Shown piece by piece: positions 12,358-25,079 of a stretch of DNA of 64,000 bases. The DNA is from Octopus sinensis (lineage: Eukaryota), in NCBI RefSeq assembly GCF_006345805.1, contig NC_042999.1:130634001-130698000 (forward strand). Reading direction: 5' to 3'. Every line of letters starts with the position of its first letter. Position 1 is the first letter of the stretch. Under the pieces are notes generated by a model. That model did no database searches. It saw nothing but the letters and a program-made list of their open reading frames with translations, and had not been told where the DNA came from. Made by a program: the position numbers and the translations under genes.

Positions 12358-13112
12358 ACTCTCAGACGTTTATAGGGATGTTAAATTGATATCAGAACTT
12401 GACTTTATCAATCCCAGAATGATAAAAGGCAAAGTTAACCTTGGTTAGATCCTAAATACCGCAATACGATTTGTTCGACACTCTAACGACTCTGTCGGTC
12501 GTGTAAAAGAGAAAAGCTTAATATCCCACAACTGGCTTTCGCCTTTTATGGCAAGATAGTTGAGTTGTGATTCTAAACTGGGGACCTGAGAGAAATAGCT
12601 CGAAATTCAGCAGAAGCCTCGCTAGAATATTATATTTTATCAAATATTTTCTTATAATTGCGACATATTATCTAATAATTGGTGTGTGGAGTTTGCGATT
12701 ATCTTCCTTCTTCACGAATTGATTTTTACACGTCACATAGCTATAAAAAGTGTAAACAAGCAAGACCATGTGACTAAGAAGCTCGTTCCAAAACTACATG
12801 GTTTCGGATTCGATCTCACTGCACATTACCTTGAGTGTGTTTTACAATGGCCTCGAATAGAGTAAAGCCTTGTGAAATTCGAGAAACGGAAACTGTAAAA
12901 GCCCACAGGAAGGGCTGTACTTGTCCTCAAGTGGTAGCCTCAATCTATTTCCCTGTTTAATGCCTTCATCTTTAGCGGAGTCCACTCTGTTGCAGGCTTT
13001 CCGACCAGGTCCCCTCGCTGGTGGATAAATCTCTTCGTTCCCAACACTTGTTTCAGAAATCTCGAAAATGTCATAGGCACTGCTCTTCTTCCCCTTAGGC
13101 CTGAAAAAAGGT

Positions 13113-13141
13113 ATCTATCTATCTATCTATCTATCTATCTC

Positions 13142-13215
<74 letters not shown>

Positions 13216-13236
13216 CGTCCGTCCGTCCGTCTGTCC

Positions 13237-13322
<86 letters not shown>
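13113..13322. repeat. compound (TATC)n(TGTC)n(CGTC)n microsatellite
   Basis: Directly visible; similar compound arrays at 42960-43215 and 50020-50345. Confidence 0.95.
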
Positions 13323-13684
13323 ACCTGCCTATCTCACACGCGCACTTCCACCCACAAATTTATCCAATTCTTCATTTCGAAATCTTTACTGACATATGTA
13401 ATTTCACTATTGGACCCAATAGTTAATATGGTAAAGTATATTGATTTGACAATAATTGAACCGACTCTACATATAATATATACTTATTTTATCGGATCTG
13501 AATGGGGTTTGAAATTGAACATTGAGAGACAGACCTAAAATCGATATCCTTTAGAAAGGCCTGACCATATCTAATAAGTTTGAGGCTTTCTACAAGTGTA
13601 ATAAAATCAGATTAAATCAGTTCGAATATATTTTAAAATTTTCCTCACATGAATAAGATAGTTATTAATAATAAGAAAGTTTAA

Positions 13685-13900
13685 GGCAGCGAGGTGGCAG
13701 AATCGTTAGAATGCCAGGCGAAATGCTTAGCGGCATTTCGTCCGTCCTTACATTCTGAATTAAAAATTTCACCGGGGTCGATTTTGCCTTTCTTCCTCTT
13801 GGGGGTCGATAAAATAAGTACAAATTGTGCACAGGAGTCGATGTAATCGACTTACCACCGACCCTGAATTTGCTGGCCTTCTTTCAAAATTTGAAACCAA
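13685..13900 (+). mobile_element. SINE family A
   Basis: GGCAGCGAGGTGGCAGAATCGTTAG head with the family A central motif; other plus copies at 21245-21458 and 43658-43860. Confidence 0.85.
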
Positions 13901-14680
13901 TAATAAGAAAGTTACCGTATTTTTCGTTATACAGCTTGAATTTTCCAGACAAAAACTTAGAGCCAAAGTCGACTTGACAAAAACTTAGAGACAAAGTCGA
14001 AATTAAGACAGCTTTGGAGGACTAAAAGTTCCATGTGAAATGCAACAGGATTTGGTACGATAGAAAGGATGTTTGAATGCTCATATTACATGTTTATACT
14101 ACATCGACTTGTATATCAGAAAATATGGTAGGTATTTACATCAGCTATTTAAACTAAAAGAACATTTTGGTCACTTGCAATTACGTTTTCCTGAAATAAA
14201 AGTAAACGAAAAGTTTTTTTTTAATGGACGTGGTGCCTTAAACTCGTATATAAAGATTTTTGTACTTTCTTTATCATATATATCTGTCTGGAGTCTACAT
14301 GCTCATGAGATCGAAGCTTATCTATATTTTTAAGGCGTTAAGGTTGAAAGCACAATACATTCACGGTGATCGAGACGCGAGTCCATCGTAGAAGTAATTT
14401 CCAGGTACCACTGGTATTCAGTTTCATCTGTCTGCATAGAATCAACGTAAAATACTCAAATATGCAAGGCATCGCCCAGCCCAAGAACCGAATCCTCACT
14501 CAAATGACTGTAAGTCCGACACCTGTAGCCATTACGCCATGCGCCTTAACTTTTCACCATGTTTTTTTTTAATTCTGCCTGTCTTCTGTCTTCTATTATT
14601 TTAAAGCCACTAACGATTGATTCCTGTGGAGTAAAAGATTTGACGTGCTGTGTAAAGAGAATTTTAATTGTGTACACGAC

Positions 14681-14773
<93 letters not shown>

Positions 14774-17700
14774 AGGGAGGGAGGGAGAGGGAAAGAAAAA
14801 AGGAGGGAGAGAGAGATAAAAGGGACAGAGAGATAAAAGGGACAGAGAGATAAAAAGAGAGTTTCAAACACTTCTGGCACGTGCACATATACGAACGCTA
14901 TTGGCGTGCACACATGCTGATACGCAGACGACAATCAACTGTGTGTGTATGTGTGAGAGAGAGATGGGGTATTGGCGCACACCAGAGCATTGGTATGCGT
15001 GTGAATCTATGTATGTGTATATGTGCACGTGTATGTAGCTTTTGTTTGGCTTTTTCTCACTGCCTAACGATTTAACACATGCCTTTTAGATCAAGTCATT
15101 ATCTATTAGTAACCCTGTTCTTAACTTCCTTCGTAAAATGAATCTAATCGTATGTCTTAGACATGGGGTTTTCCCGACTCTCTCTTTGTTAATAACTGTG
15201 TTCTTCAGTATCTTCGTAAAAGAGGTGTAACGGTATATCTTATATATTCGGAGTTTCCAACTTTCGATGTATTAATAACTGTATTCCTAACTTCCGTCAT
15301 AAAAGATGTAAGACGATATATCCTGGATACAACTGTTATAAACTTTATAACATCAGGTAATTCTTCAATTATTTTATAACTGAAACAGAGAAATAAGTAC
15401 TAGGAATGAAGAGAAGAGAATCGAAAACAACGGGAAGTATTAACCCAGGAGAAAAGGAATTAAATTAATGCCAGAAATGGACCTTGCAGTTGTATGATGG
15501 ATGACGAAGCTGAAGTTTATAAGGAAAAAATATATACTCCACGAGAATTGTTAATCAAGAAAGAAGGCAAAGAATGAAGAACGATGATGATAGGTAAGAA
15601 TATCTTAAACAAGCCAGAATGACAAAACAGGCTTGAAAAGAAAACATGGCCGAAGAAAATAGACAAAAGTTTCGAGAAATAAATTAAAGCATTATGCAAG
15701 AAATGACAGAAGCAGAGGGATATTTATGGCTGAGACTGTGCCACAAAATTGGCCTATGGAATTTCCACGAGTATTGTTAGTAAATATAGATCTACTATCA
15801 AGAAAAGCGAAATATTTTACATAAAAAGCAAGTAGCAAAAATATAAATTTGTAAATGCCACCGTTGTGTATAAAAATAAAAGCATTGTAAACACTACTTC
15901 TATTATAGTGGACCGTTTACATTTCTTTGAGATAATATGACAATAAATAAATATAAATAAATAAAGCCTTATTCATTACAAAAGAGGAATTTTGTTGGGG
16001 TAAAAATAATCTATTCTATAGATTGTCTAGTAAATTTACATTACAGGAAAAGAGGTGAATATATTACAATCAGCTGAATTATCTAGATATGTTCTAGATT
16101 TCTATTTACTTACTGATACATAGACGTGGGGGTGCTGCTTCAAAAAAGTCTTAGCCGTTGCTGCTTCAAAAAATTTTTTAGCCGTTGTTTTAATATTATG
16201 TAAAAGGAAACAAACATATAAAAATAATATTTATATATAAACTTGATCGGTTCGCGTTTTAGCCACTGCCGGGTAGTGTGTTTAATTTGTTCACCGAACA
16301 CTGCCGGGAATTCCCCCTTGTTTTTCACCCCTCCCCCCTAAATCACAAAATAAGAGGTGTGGGGAAATCTGCCCCATTTTTCAAATTCTGGCAGCAACAC
16401 TGAAACTGGAAGCAGGATAATAATCTAATTCTACACTGAATTCACATTCAAGAATATAAACAAGTCTTTAAGCACAACACACGCGGAGTCAGATAGAAAC
16501 ACTACCTTTCACCGGCACTGCCTGAACGACAGTGCTATCTCTCCCAAGCGTGAAGCTTCCTATCTCGGACATGTGAGTATGTGCACAAAAGTCAAACACC
16601 GCGTTGCTGGAACTGTGAAGCGCACAGTTCTATTCAAGGATTTTTGTATTTTTTTCATAAACTAGAGGATGGCTACTGACATAAAGCTTAAGGAATATAT
16701 AATGTACAAGTATAAAGAAAGAATTAAAGGAAAAAAAGTACTCATTATATTGAATGTTATCGGTAATATCGAGAGGAAATAGGGGGTGCTGCAGTTCCTT
16801 AGTGCTTGTATACGACCCACCACTGACCTATATACATATATACCCATATACATACACATACAAGCATATACAAATACATATATTCATATATATACGCATA
16901 CACATGTACATTCATACATATATACGTATAAATATACTTATATGCATACACACACACATATATACATTCATATGAGCATAGACAAATACCCACAGATACA
17001 CTCGTACATATTCATTTACACATAGTATATACATATACATACATACATATAAACATACATACATAATACATACATAGGTACGTACGTACGTACGTACATA
17101 CATACATACATGCATGCATACATACATACATACATACATACATACATACATACATACATACATACATACATACATACATACATACATACATACATACATA
17201 CATACATACATACATACATACATACATACATACATACATACATACATACATACGTACGTACATACGCCACAGACATTTGTATCATTTCTCGGGTTTAATT
17301 TCAGTTTCAGAGCATTGAAACAATACAGATTAACCTTTTAAGGGGTTGTTGAATTATATAGGGTTACGAAGCATGAAAGCCTGGTATGCAATCAGCTTAA
17401 GATATAAACAAAACAAATTTTCTCATAAGTTGCTGTCGTCTGCAGAAACTCCGTTTTATGTGTGCCGGAAGTTTTTCAATGACATCAATACGAGAAAGCT
17501 ATGTTAGATAAATATTCTCGTAAAAACGATATTAGGAAATAAAATGGTTGATTCCATATTTTTTAAAACTTGTAAGTATTTAGAACATTTCCCAGAGCTT
17601 AAAAAAATAAAAACCAAATCTCACTTCAAACTAAATCTTAACATTTACTGTATTTCAGCCCTCGAAGTTCTCAGGATTCTTGTCTGAAAGGATGTCAACA

Positions 17701-18443
17701 AACCGACTTGACTTAACTGTTTGCCTCTCCTATTTATCACATTTGATACAAAGGACATATTTCACTGGCGTTCAAGCATTGTATATGACAAACATTCCCA
17801 ATTCTTTTCGAAGGAAAGCTATATATTATTCAGAAAGAATAAAACAAGAGCTCACTAAAAACCTGAAAACAAGCATGGAAGTTTAGGACAAACTTCTGAA
17901 TATGCTTTATACTGGCAAACGGTTAAGTTAAACTACACATAATTTTATTTAATTTCTGAAAGCTTCCAAATAAATCTATCAGTTGGATAAATACCTAATC
18001 CGGTGAAACGTACGCATATCACTCGCTAACAGAATAATTTCTCTAACAGCAGGAGATTTGCTCTAATTGAGTAAACCGTCCTCCCTCTGCGCCTCCCGAT
18101 GGAATTGTTATTGTTAAGTAACGTTTGTGAACTAGATAACTTCCCGTGGCATAGACATGTGGTATGGGCGGTGGACTTTCTTGCTTTATAGAAAGGAAAT
18201 GAGTCCTTAATGAAATATCAAATAAGAAATAACTTAGGCAATCCGAGGTTTGAATCGTTAACCATTTCGACCACCACCACTACGGTTGCAATAATAAATA
18301 AGAGTTGTTCTGAAAGGGCCAATACTATTTTCAAGGAAATGATTACAATGGCAATTTTTGTTCATGTTTAGCTTCTGTTCTACCTTGAATAAACAGATCT
18401 ATGGTCAAAAGGCATTCCATCCGAGACTATCTTGCCTTTTTAT

Positions 18444-18520
<77 letters not shown>

Positions 18521-18729
18521 TACGTCTGTTTGGTATCCTTTACAATATCAGCCAAAACAGATCTTGTGTTGTCACGTTTTATTGATTCGAATACCTTTAT
18601 TTCATGAGAGAAAATTACTTGCCGATTGTTAGCATTTTCAACGAACATTTTCTGAGAGTATGAAACAAAGTGATGCACCGTATATTTTAGAGCTTACTAT
18701 CTTAATGAGGAAAATAACTAAGAGAGACC

Positions 18730-19900
18730 CTACACGAGCTCGATCAAATATTTCCTTACCAAAAATACATTAATTTGAAAGTGAATAAATTGATTTTTTC
18801 TTTTCTCATCCTTTTTGGTAAACATAAATTTATTATAACACTTGTCGTGTTCGCCCCAAGGATCACCAACGTCGATGATGTTATCAACATAAGTAAAAGT
18901 ATTGTCCATTCTATTAATGAATTTGTCAATCATCCAGTGAAAACGAGATAATCATTTGTAATACCAAAACTACAGAACTACCATATTTTTCTCTTGTCTT
19001 CGAATGTCACGTGGCAACGTTCATAATCCAACAGTTGTAACTGATGTAAGCCGTTTGGAGATCGAGTGTGGAAAAGATTTTAAACTTAGGCAACACATTG
19101 TCACTTTCATTGATACAAAGCATTTGGATACACGTGAACAGCTGTCTATTGATTTACACTACAACAGTAATCTAAAACTAATAGTCTTTTCGTTCCGTTC
19201 TTAGATACTTATATTTGTATGCTCCATGCTGAACGTATCGCAATCGAGCAACTTTTCTAAATAAACTTATGAATAAAAGATTTTCGGCTCCGAGTGAGAA
19301 TAAGTTTTACTGATTGATTCTGAAATTCAAATATAGGAAGCAGCTTTAGCAATGCCAGTGATTAAAAATTTCCGCTGGTCTCATTAAACTTGAGAGTGTC
19401 TCAACATAAAGTCACTGCTAATTATAACCGACACCACGCGAAAGAGAACAGTTTACCATTAGGTTTTAGAAAAGATTTTGTATTGAAATTTTATGGTCAC
19501 TGAAGACATCTTATATATTTGTATGATTTATTTTCATAATTTTAAAATAACTGAAAAAGGTGTGGCTTTTTTTCTTTATAACTTAATAAAACTAATAAAA
19601 AAAAAGGTGTGCGTTTTTCTGTTCATCGTTGTAATATTTGGATGACTCCAATATCGATCACAATAGTTCGCCAATAGCTATTGCTTCCAGGACGCATTTA
19701 GTCTTACTACTGATTGACCTAGATTTTGATTTTTTTTAAAATCTTTTCTCAACTGAAGAATGGACACCATATTTTTACGAACTCAGTCTTATATAAAATA
19801 ATTACAAAGTATGTGATAGCTGTTTTCTTTTCCTTGATTGACAAATATCTTCAAAATGTCCCATTAAATGACAAACCTGACATTCACCTTGGCGTACAGG
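18730..19900 (-). pseudogene. decayed Gypsy/Ty3 LTR-retrotransposon gag-pol remnant
   Basis: Manual translation of the minus strand gives a CCHC knuckle CQVCHLMGHFEDIC (19841-19882). It also gives RT motifs KRLLVLDY...VYP, KFKIFSTLDLQTAY, FGITN and TFTYVDNII...GEHD (YVDN at 18880-18891), with many stops and frameshifts. Confidence 0.8.
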
Positions 19901-21910
19901 TCAGGCGAATATCAAAGAAAAGAATTTTCTACCAAAGTAACGCATACATTTTTTTTTTCGTGATGAAAACTAGAGAAGGGAAGGTAGTTCAATTTGAATG
20001 GAATTCAAAAAGAGTTTCATGTTTTCACGTAAATACTAAGAGCTGCAAAATGTTAATTTTTCATAGTACTGATAGCTGCAAGTGAGCTGATATCAGAATA
20101 ACAAGTATCATCATCAGACGCACATTTGATTACCAAAACTTTTGAAGTAAAAGTCTCAATGTGAAGCTCTGCCATTGTCATTAATTCTATATTAATCATT
20201 CCGAAACATTATTTTCAAATTTTGGCACACAGCCGGCGATCTCGGGGGTGGGTGTAATCGATGACATCGATCCAATGCTCAATTGGTACTTATTTTATTG
20301 ACCCCTGAAAAGATGAAAGGTAATGCCGACCTCGGCAGAATTTGAACTCAGAACTTACAGACGGACGAAATGCAGTTAAGCACTTTGTCCGGCATGTTAC
20401 TTCCAGTTCGTTACTTTTGCCAGTCCGAAATACTAAAAAAATAACGCACTAACGTCTCTTCGTACTTCTCGAGGTGATGTTTTTAACTTGATGTTTTAAC
20501 ATCTCTGCAAAGTGTTTCAATAATTTTCCTATGCGTTGATGGCCTTTCTGTCAGAGAATAACGAGCGCCGAGCATATATTACGAAGGTATTACCTAAGAC
20601 AGTCATGGGCAAACAGCAGCTAGCGGGACTTTCTGAATGGCACGCCGAAGCGAAAAATTACTTTGAATTTTTTAGTATTGCAGTCCATCTGGTGATGGGC
20701 AATGTCTCGTGCGACTTGCTTCTTGATAAAGGTTGCCCATGCCTTCTATAAGATGTCGTGTGACCTGCTAGAAATAGCAGTCAAATCTCTCTCGAATCAC
20801 ACCCTACTGTCTTAAATGGGAATATTTTGAAATATAAAGCTTGCTATCCAGAAAACCGCGATGGTCATAGTTCTGCTCGACCAAAACTGACAACAAAAAC
20901 AACATGTAACATATAGATAATATTTTGCTATATATAATTCTTCCAGCTTCAGTTAATTATGAAACAAACTGTTTATTGTCCTAAATTTTTCTTCGATATT
21001 TCACGTAAAGATGTGCTATTCAATAGAATAGATTTTTGTTACCCTAATTATACAATTATATCCAATGTGAGTTGGGAGGATAATTCTTCAGGAGGTTATG
21101 TGATTAAATCATTCTACCTCATGAAAATTAAATCCCAACTTTGCTGCAGTCTTGGTGATAATTACATTCTATTTGCAAATTTCAGCCACTTTGTCGCAAA
21201 ATTGACAAATCCTTTCTAGCTGTCATTATTATATTTGCTTATAAGGCGGCGAGCTGGCAGAATCGTTAGCACGTCAGGCGAAATGCCTAGCGGCATTTCG
21301 TCCATCTTCATGCTCTGAGTTTAAATTCCTCCGAAGTCGACTTTGTCTTTCATCCTTTCGGTAGATAAATTAAGTACCAGTGAAACACTGGAATTAATGT
21401 AATCGATTAGTCCCCTCCCACAAAATTTCAGGCCTTGTTTCTATAGTAGCAAGGATTGTTTTCTTGTTTGTTTTTTTTTTTCCCGAAAGGAACGGCATGT
21501 ATTACACGAACAGCTTTCTCTAAGGTGTCTTATCATCAGGTGGCATCTTGGCCTGCAACCATATAATACAGCAATTGTGACTGGTCAGTTGCTTAATCAG
21601 AGCCTTCACATTACTGTCACGATGATGCTGATTGGCTAAACTCCTACAGTAATGCAGAAAGTAAGAAATAATTTTAACAAATTTTAATTTTTTTGGCATT
21701 GTTTTTGTTTGCTTTTGCTGATTAATGCGCTACTTTTTTGTATGTAGGCACGATCAGTTTTGAAATGTATGTATGCGTGCGCGCATGTGTATGTGTGTAT
21801 GTATATAACTATCCATTTACATATACATTCGGCCGCCTGAGCCCGACCAGCGAGGTTCCTGTGATTAGCCAGTGAAACTTCCCAAGAGCCGAAACAACTT
21901 GTTTTAAATG

Positions 21911-21975
<65 letters not shown>

Positions 21976-22121
21976 CCTACGTATGAATTAACTTGTTCTC
22001 GGAGTTATAGTGTGAAACAAATAACTAAAAGCTGAATGATAACAGACAAGCCAACGTTTGGTTTCAAATCACAACGTACTCTCTTAAAATAAGTTCACAT
22101 CATATAATATCCTTTTGTACA

Positions 22122-22194
<73 letters not shown>

Positions 22195-22313
22195 TATATA
22201 TATATATTATATATATATATATATATAAACTTACTTGGAGGAAACGAAGCAAAACGACGCGAGGGCGCTCAGTCATACAATAGTGTAATAATAAATAAAA
22301 TATATGCATATAT

Positions 22314-22358
<45 letters not shown>

Positions 22359-22944
22359 TAGCTGACATACCCGGTAATTCCCGGGAAAGCGGGGCTTATC
22401 CTTTGGTTCCGTTCTCATTATTGTTTCGCTAATCCAATAACAACAATATAAAGTATGTAGCCCTTAAAACTATGAGATCATGTACACACCCCGGCCGAAA
22501 TTAACTCTTTTGACCTCGCATACTTTTCCATTTACTAATTATACATACACCAGACGTTGGTAAAGATGACCAGCCAGTATGTTCTTTTTAAATAATTTTT
22601 GTCCTCTTGAACCCTAACAAGCTTAGAATTTCCCAATTCTGCGACAGAGAAGGAAGCTCTACCACTAGTGTAGGCAGTCAAAAGATTGAGTTTTTATCTC
22701 CCAGTAAGACATAGTCCACTTGTAAATGATGCACAAAATCATATCTTTGTATTTGACACTAATAAATATTTTAAGATGAAGAACGATAAAATTCAAAGAT
22801 GGCTTATAGAAAATGCCGATAAATATTTACGATATTTGCCAACATTGTAGTTCATAAATTATTACTGCAGATGAGCTAACTTGCGTGTTTTTGATCCTTA
22901 TTATCACACAAACGTCGAAATAATAACCACGATTAACTAATGTA

Positions 22945-23161
22945 CGAGAGGAGTGCTGAAACGTTCTTGATTTTAAGTGTTTCGCGAAAGACCTGGGTGG
23001 AGGCCCAACCTTCTAGGTTCTTTTACAGGGCTTAGAAAAACTGAAGGACCACTGCAATAAGTATGTGAATCTGAGAGGGAAATATGTTGGATAAAATCAT
23101 AATTAACTGATACTCCCATATTTTTTTACTCGAACTCAGGAACTTTTCAGCTCTCTCCTCG
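22945..23161 (+). mobile_element. mariner-derived MITE
   Basis: TA-flanked TIRs CGAG..GTGCTGAAA/TTTCAGC..CTCG. Keeps a transposase C-terminal remnant (QGLEKLKDHCNKYVNLRGKYVG*). A second copy is inverted at 47519-47732. Confidence 0.8.
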
Positions 23162-23163
23162 TA

Positions 23164-24453
23164 CGAGGAGGCATCAAAATGTTTCCGGACTATTTCTGTA
23201 GCGCACCAACAGATGCAGCACACTGATACACGCGCAATGAGAGATAGTAATAAGATTCATTAGGCAGCGTGCCGAGTGGCATTGCTGTGTTTACTTCACA
23301 AGTGAAATTTGTGTTCTTGTGATTACGTGTATACTTTAATCTGCGATTTTGTCATGGACAGGAAGTTGGAAGAAAAGCCAACGTGAAATTTTGCGTCAAA
23401 CTCGGGTCGGCAAGATTACGGCGACAGGACAATTAGTCATACGCAATGTTTCGAGTGGCACGGTCACTTCAAAAGCCGAAGAACATCCCTGGAAGACGAT
23501 GAACGATCTTGAAGACCTGCCTCGAGAGTCATCCCCGGAAATGTGGAAAAAATTTATCAGTCTGTGCACGACGATCGTCAGAGGACAATCAACGTTTATT
23601 ACTGATGTTGCTGGTCTGTCGCATGGGTCCATGCAAGCAATCCTAACTTCTGAATTGAACATGTGGCATGTCCCTACCAAGTTTGTCCCCCACCTGCTGA
23701 CCACTGACCAGAAAGAACATCGCCTAGAAGTCTATTAAGATCTCCGTCAGCGTACCGCTGATGATCCATCTTTCGTGTCGAGGATCATCACTAGTGACGA
23801 GGGTTGGGTCTATGGGTACGACCCTGAGACGAAGCAACTGTCTTCACAATGGAAGAGCCCTTCGTCTCCAAGACCGAAGAAGGCACGACAGAGCTGTAAC
23901 TCAATCAAGAGCACGCCCATCATTTTTTCGACATCCGCGGTATTATGCATCGAGAATTCGGCCCCGCTGAGCCAGAACATTCAATTGAGAGTTCTACTGC
24001 AACGTTTTGAAGCGTATGAGGGAGGTCGTTCGGCGGCGAAAGCGACTGGATCTGTGGAGCGCGAAGAATTGGATTCTTCACGACGACAATGGACCCTTGT
24101 GCCAAGCTCTCCTCTCTTGTGAGTTTCTCACCAAAAACATGGTATCGCTTCCGCACCCACTTTATTCAGCAGATTTAGCACTTGCGAACTTCCATCTCTT
24201 CCCCAAGATGAAAGTACAGCTCAAAGGTTGGCTGTTTTAACACTATTGTCAAAATCCAGAGCAAATCACAGAAGGTCCTGAACTTGCTAATGGAAAATGA
24301 CTTCAAGGCTGGATTCCAAAAGTGGTAAGAATGCTGGTACCAGTGTATTGCTGCGCAAGGTGACTATTTCAAAAGAGATGATGCTAAAACTTAGGTGAAT
24401 AAGTCATTTTTTACTAAACATAACTAGTCCGGGAACCTTTTGATACCACATCG
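23164..24453 (+). mobile_element. mariner transposon, degenerate full-length copy
   Basis: TA-CGAGGAGGCATCAAAATGTTTCCGGACTA ... TAGTCCGGGAACCTTTTGATACCACATCG-TA, ~1.29 kb. Confidence 0.9.
23354..24394 (+). pseudogene. mariner transposase pseudogene
   Basis: Fragments NVKFCVKLG, KFVPHLLT, IITSDEGWVYGYDPETKQLSSQWK, WILHDDNGP and HPLYSADLALANFHLFPKMK are spread over several frames. Confidence 0.9.
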
Positions 24454-24735
24454 TATCTATGAATAGATCCATTAGCTTATTTTGTAAAAAGGTGCTATTG
24501 AAGTAGTTATTTTTATCTGTTCACGAATTAAATTTCAATATTTCTGAAATACAAAAAACAGTTTGGTTAAAGTACCTAAACCCTTTGAATATTCAGTGTT
24601 CATTTCAAGGGTCTTCTCCCTACTAACACTAAGCATGAATATATGTTAATCTGTGAATATTCATGCTTTTCTTTTGATTTTCCTTGCAAGGATCAGACTC
24701 CTGAATCTGTAATAACTTCTATTCTTTCTATATTT

Positions 24736-25079
24736 AAGAGATGAGGAATTATGTACATTATTTACATTCGACGGGTATTTGTCCTCATCTCGTTTGTTGT
24801 TAACACAACGTTTCGGCTGATATAGCGAAGTGGTTAAGAGCGCGAGCTACTAACCCTAAGATTCCGAGTTCGATTCCAAGCAGTGACGTGAACAACAACA
24901 ACAACAACAACAACAATAATAATAGTTGTAATAATAATAATAATAATAATAACATCGAAAATTACCTTAGGAATGAGAACTCAGGTTCGAAATTTCCCCA
25001 AAACACCCGAAGAAGGCTAGCGGGTATATCAGCCGAAACGTTGTGTTAACAACAAACAAGATGAGGACAAATATCCGTC
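24736..25079 (+). mobile_element. composite tRNA-headed SINE with Penelope-like hammerhead tail and upstream inverted tail copy
   Basis: A box TAGCGAAGTGG (24823-24833), B box GAGTTCGATTCC (24866-24877), (AAC/AAT)n linker, then a hammerhead tail. 25025-25079 is the reverse complement of 24770-24824. Confidence 0.75.
25002..25047 (+). ncRNA. minimal hammerhead ribozyme (U4C-mutated core)
   Basis: AACAC-CCGAAGA-A-GGCT..AGCC-GAAAC-GTT-GTGTT, with a 5-bp stem I and palindromic AACGTT; the core differs from CUGAAGA at one position. Confidence 0.65.

Noticed and set aside
10865-12448. 527-aa ORF (poly L/F/S) and antisense poly E/K/R ORF
   Set aside because: Pure translation of the (TTC)n array, with no other coding signal.
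17970-18020. TGGAT..ATCCG stem followed by GAAAC-GTAC-GCA
   Set aside because: No CUGANGA-like core and no NUH triplet.
21841-21906. CCAGCGA-GGTTCCTG..CAAGAGCC-GAAAC-AACTT-GTT hammerhead-like fossil
   Set aside because: Needs three core substitutions and has no stem I; it may be a decayed copy but is not supportable.
24823-24887. Functional tRNA gene
   Set aside because: The acceptor stem is missing or truncated and it runs into a microsatellite and repeat tail. It is a SINE head, as are the other A/B-box hits.
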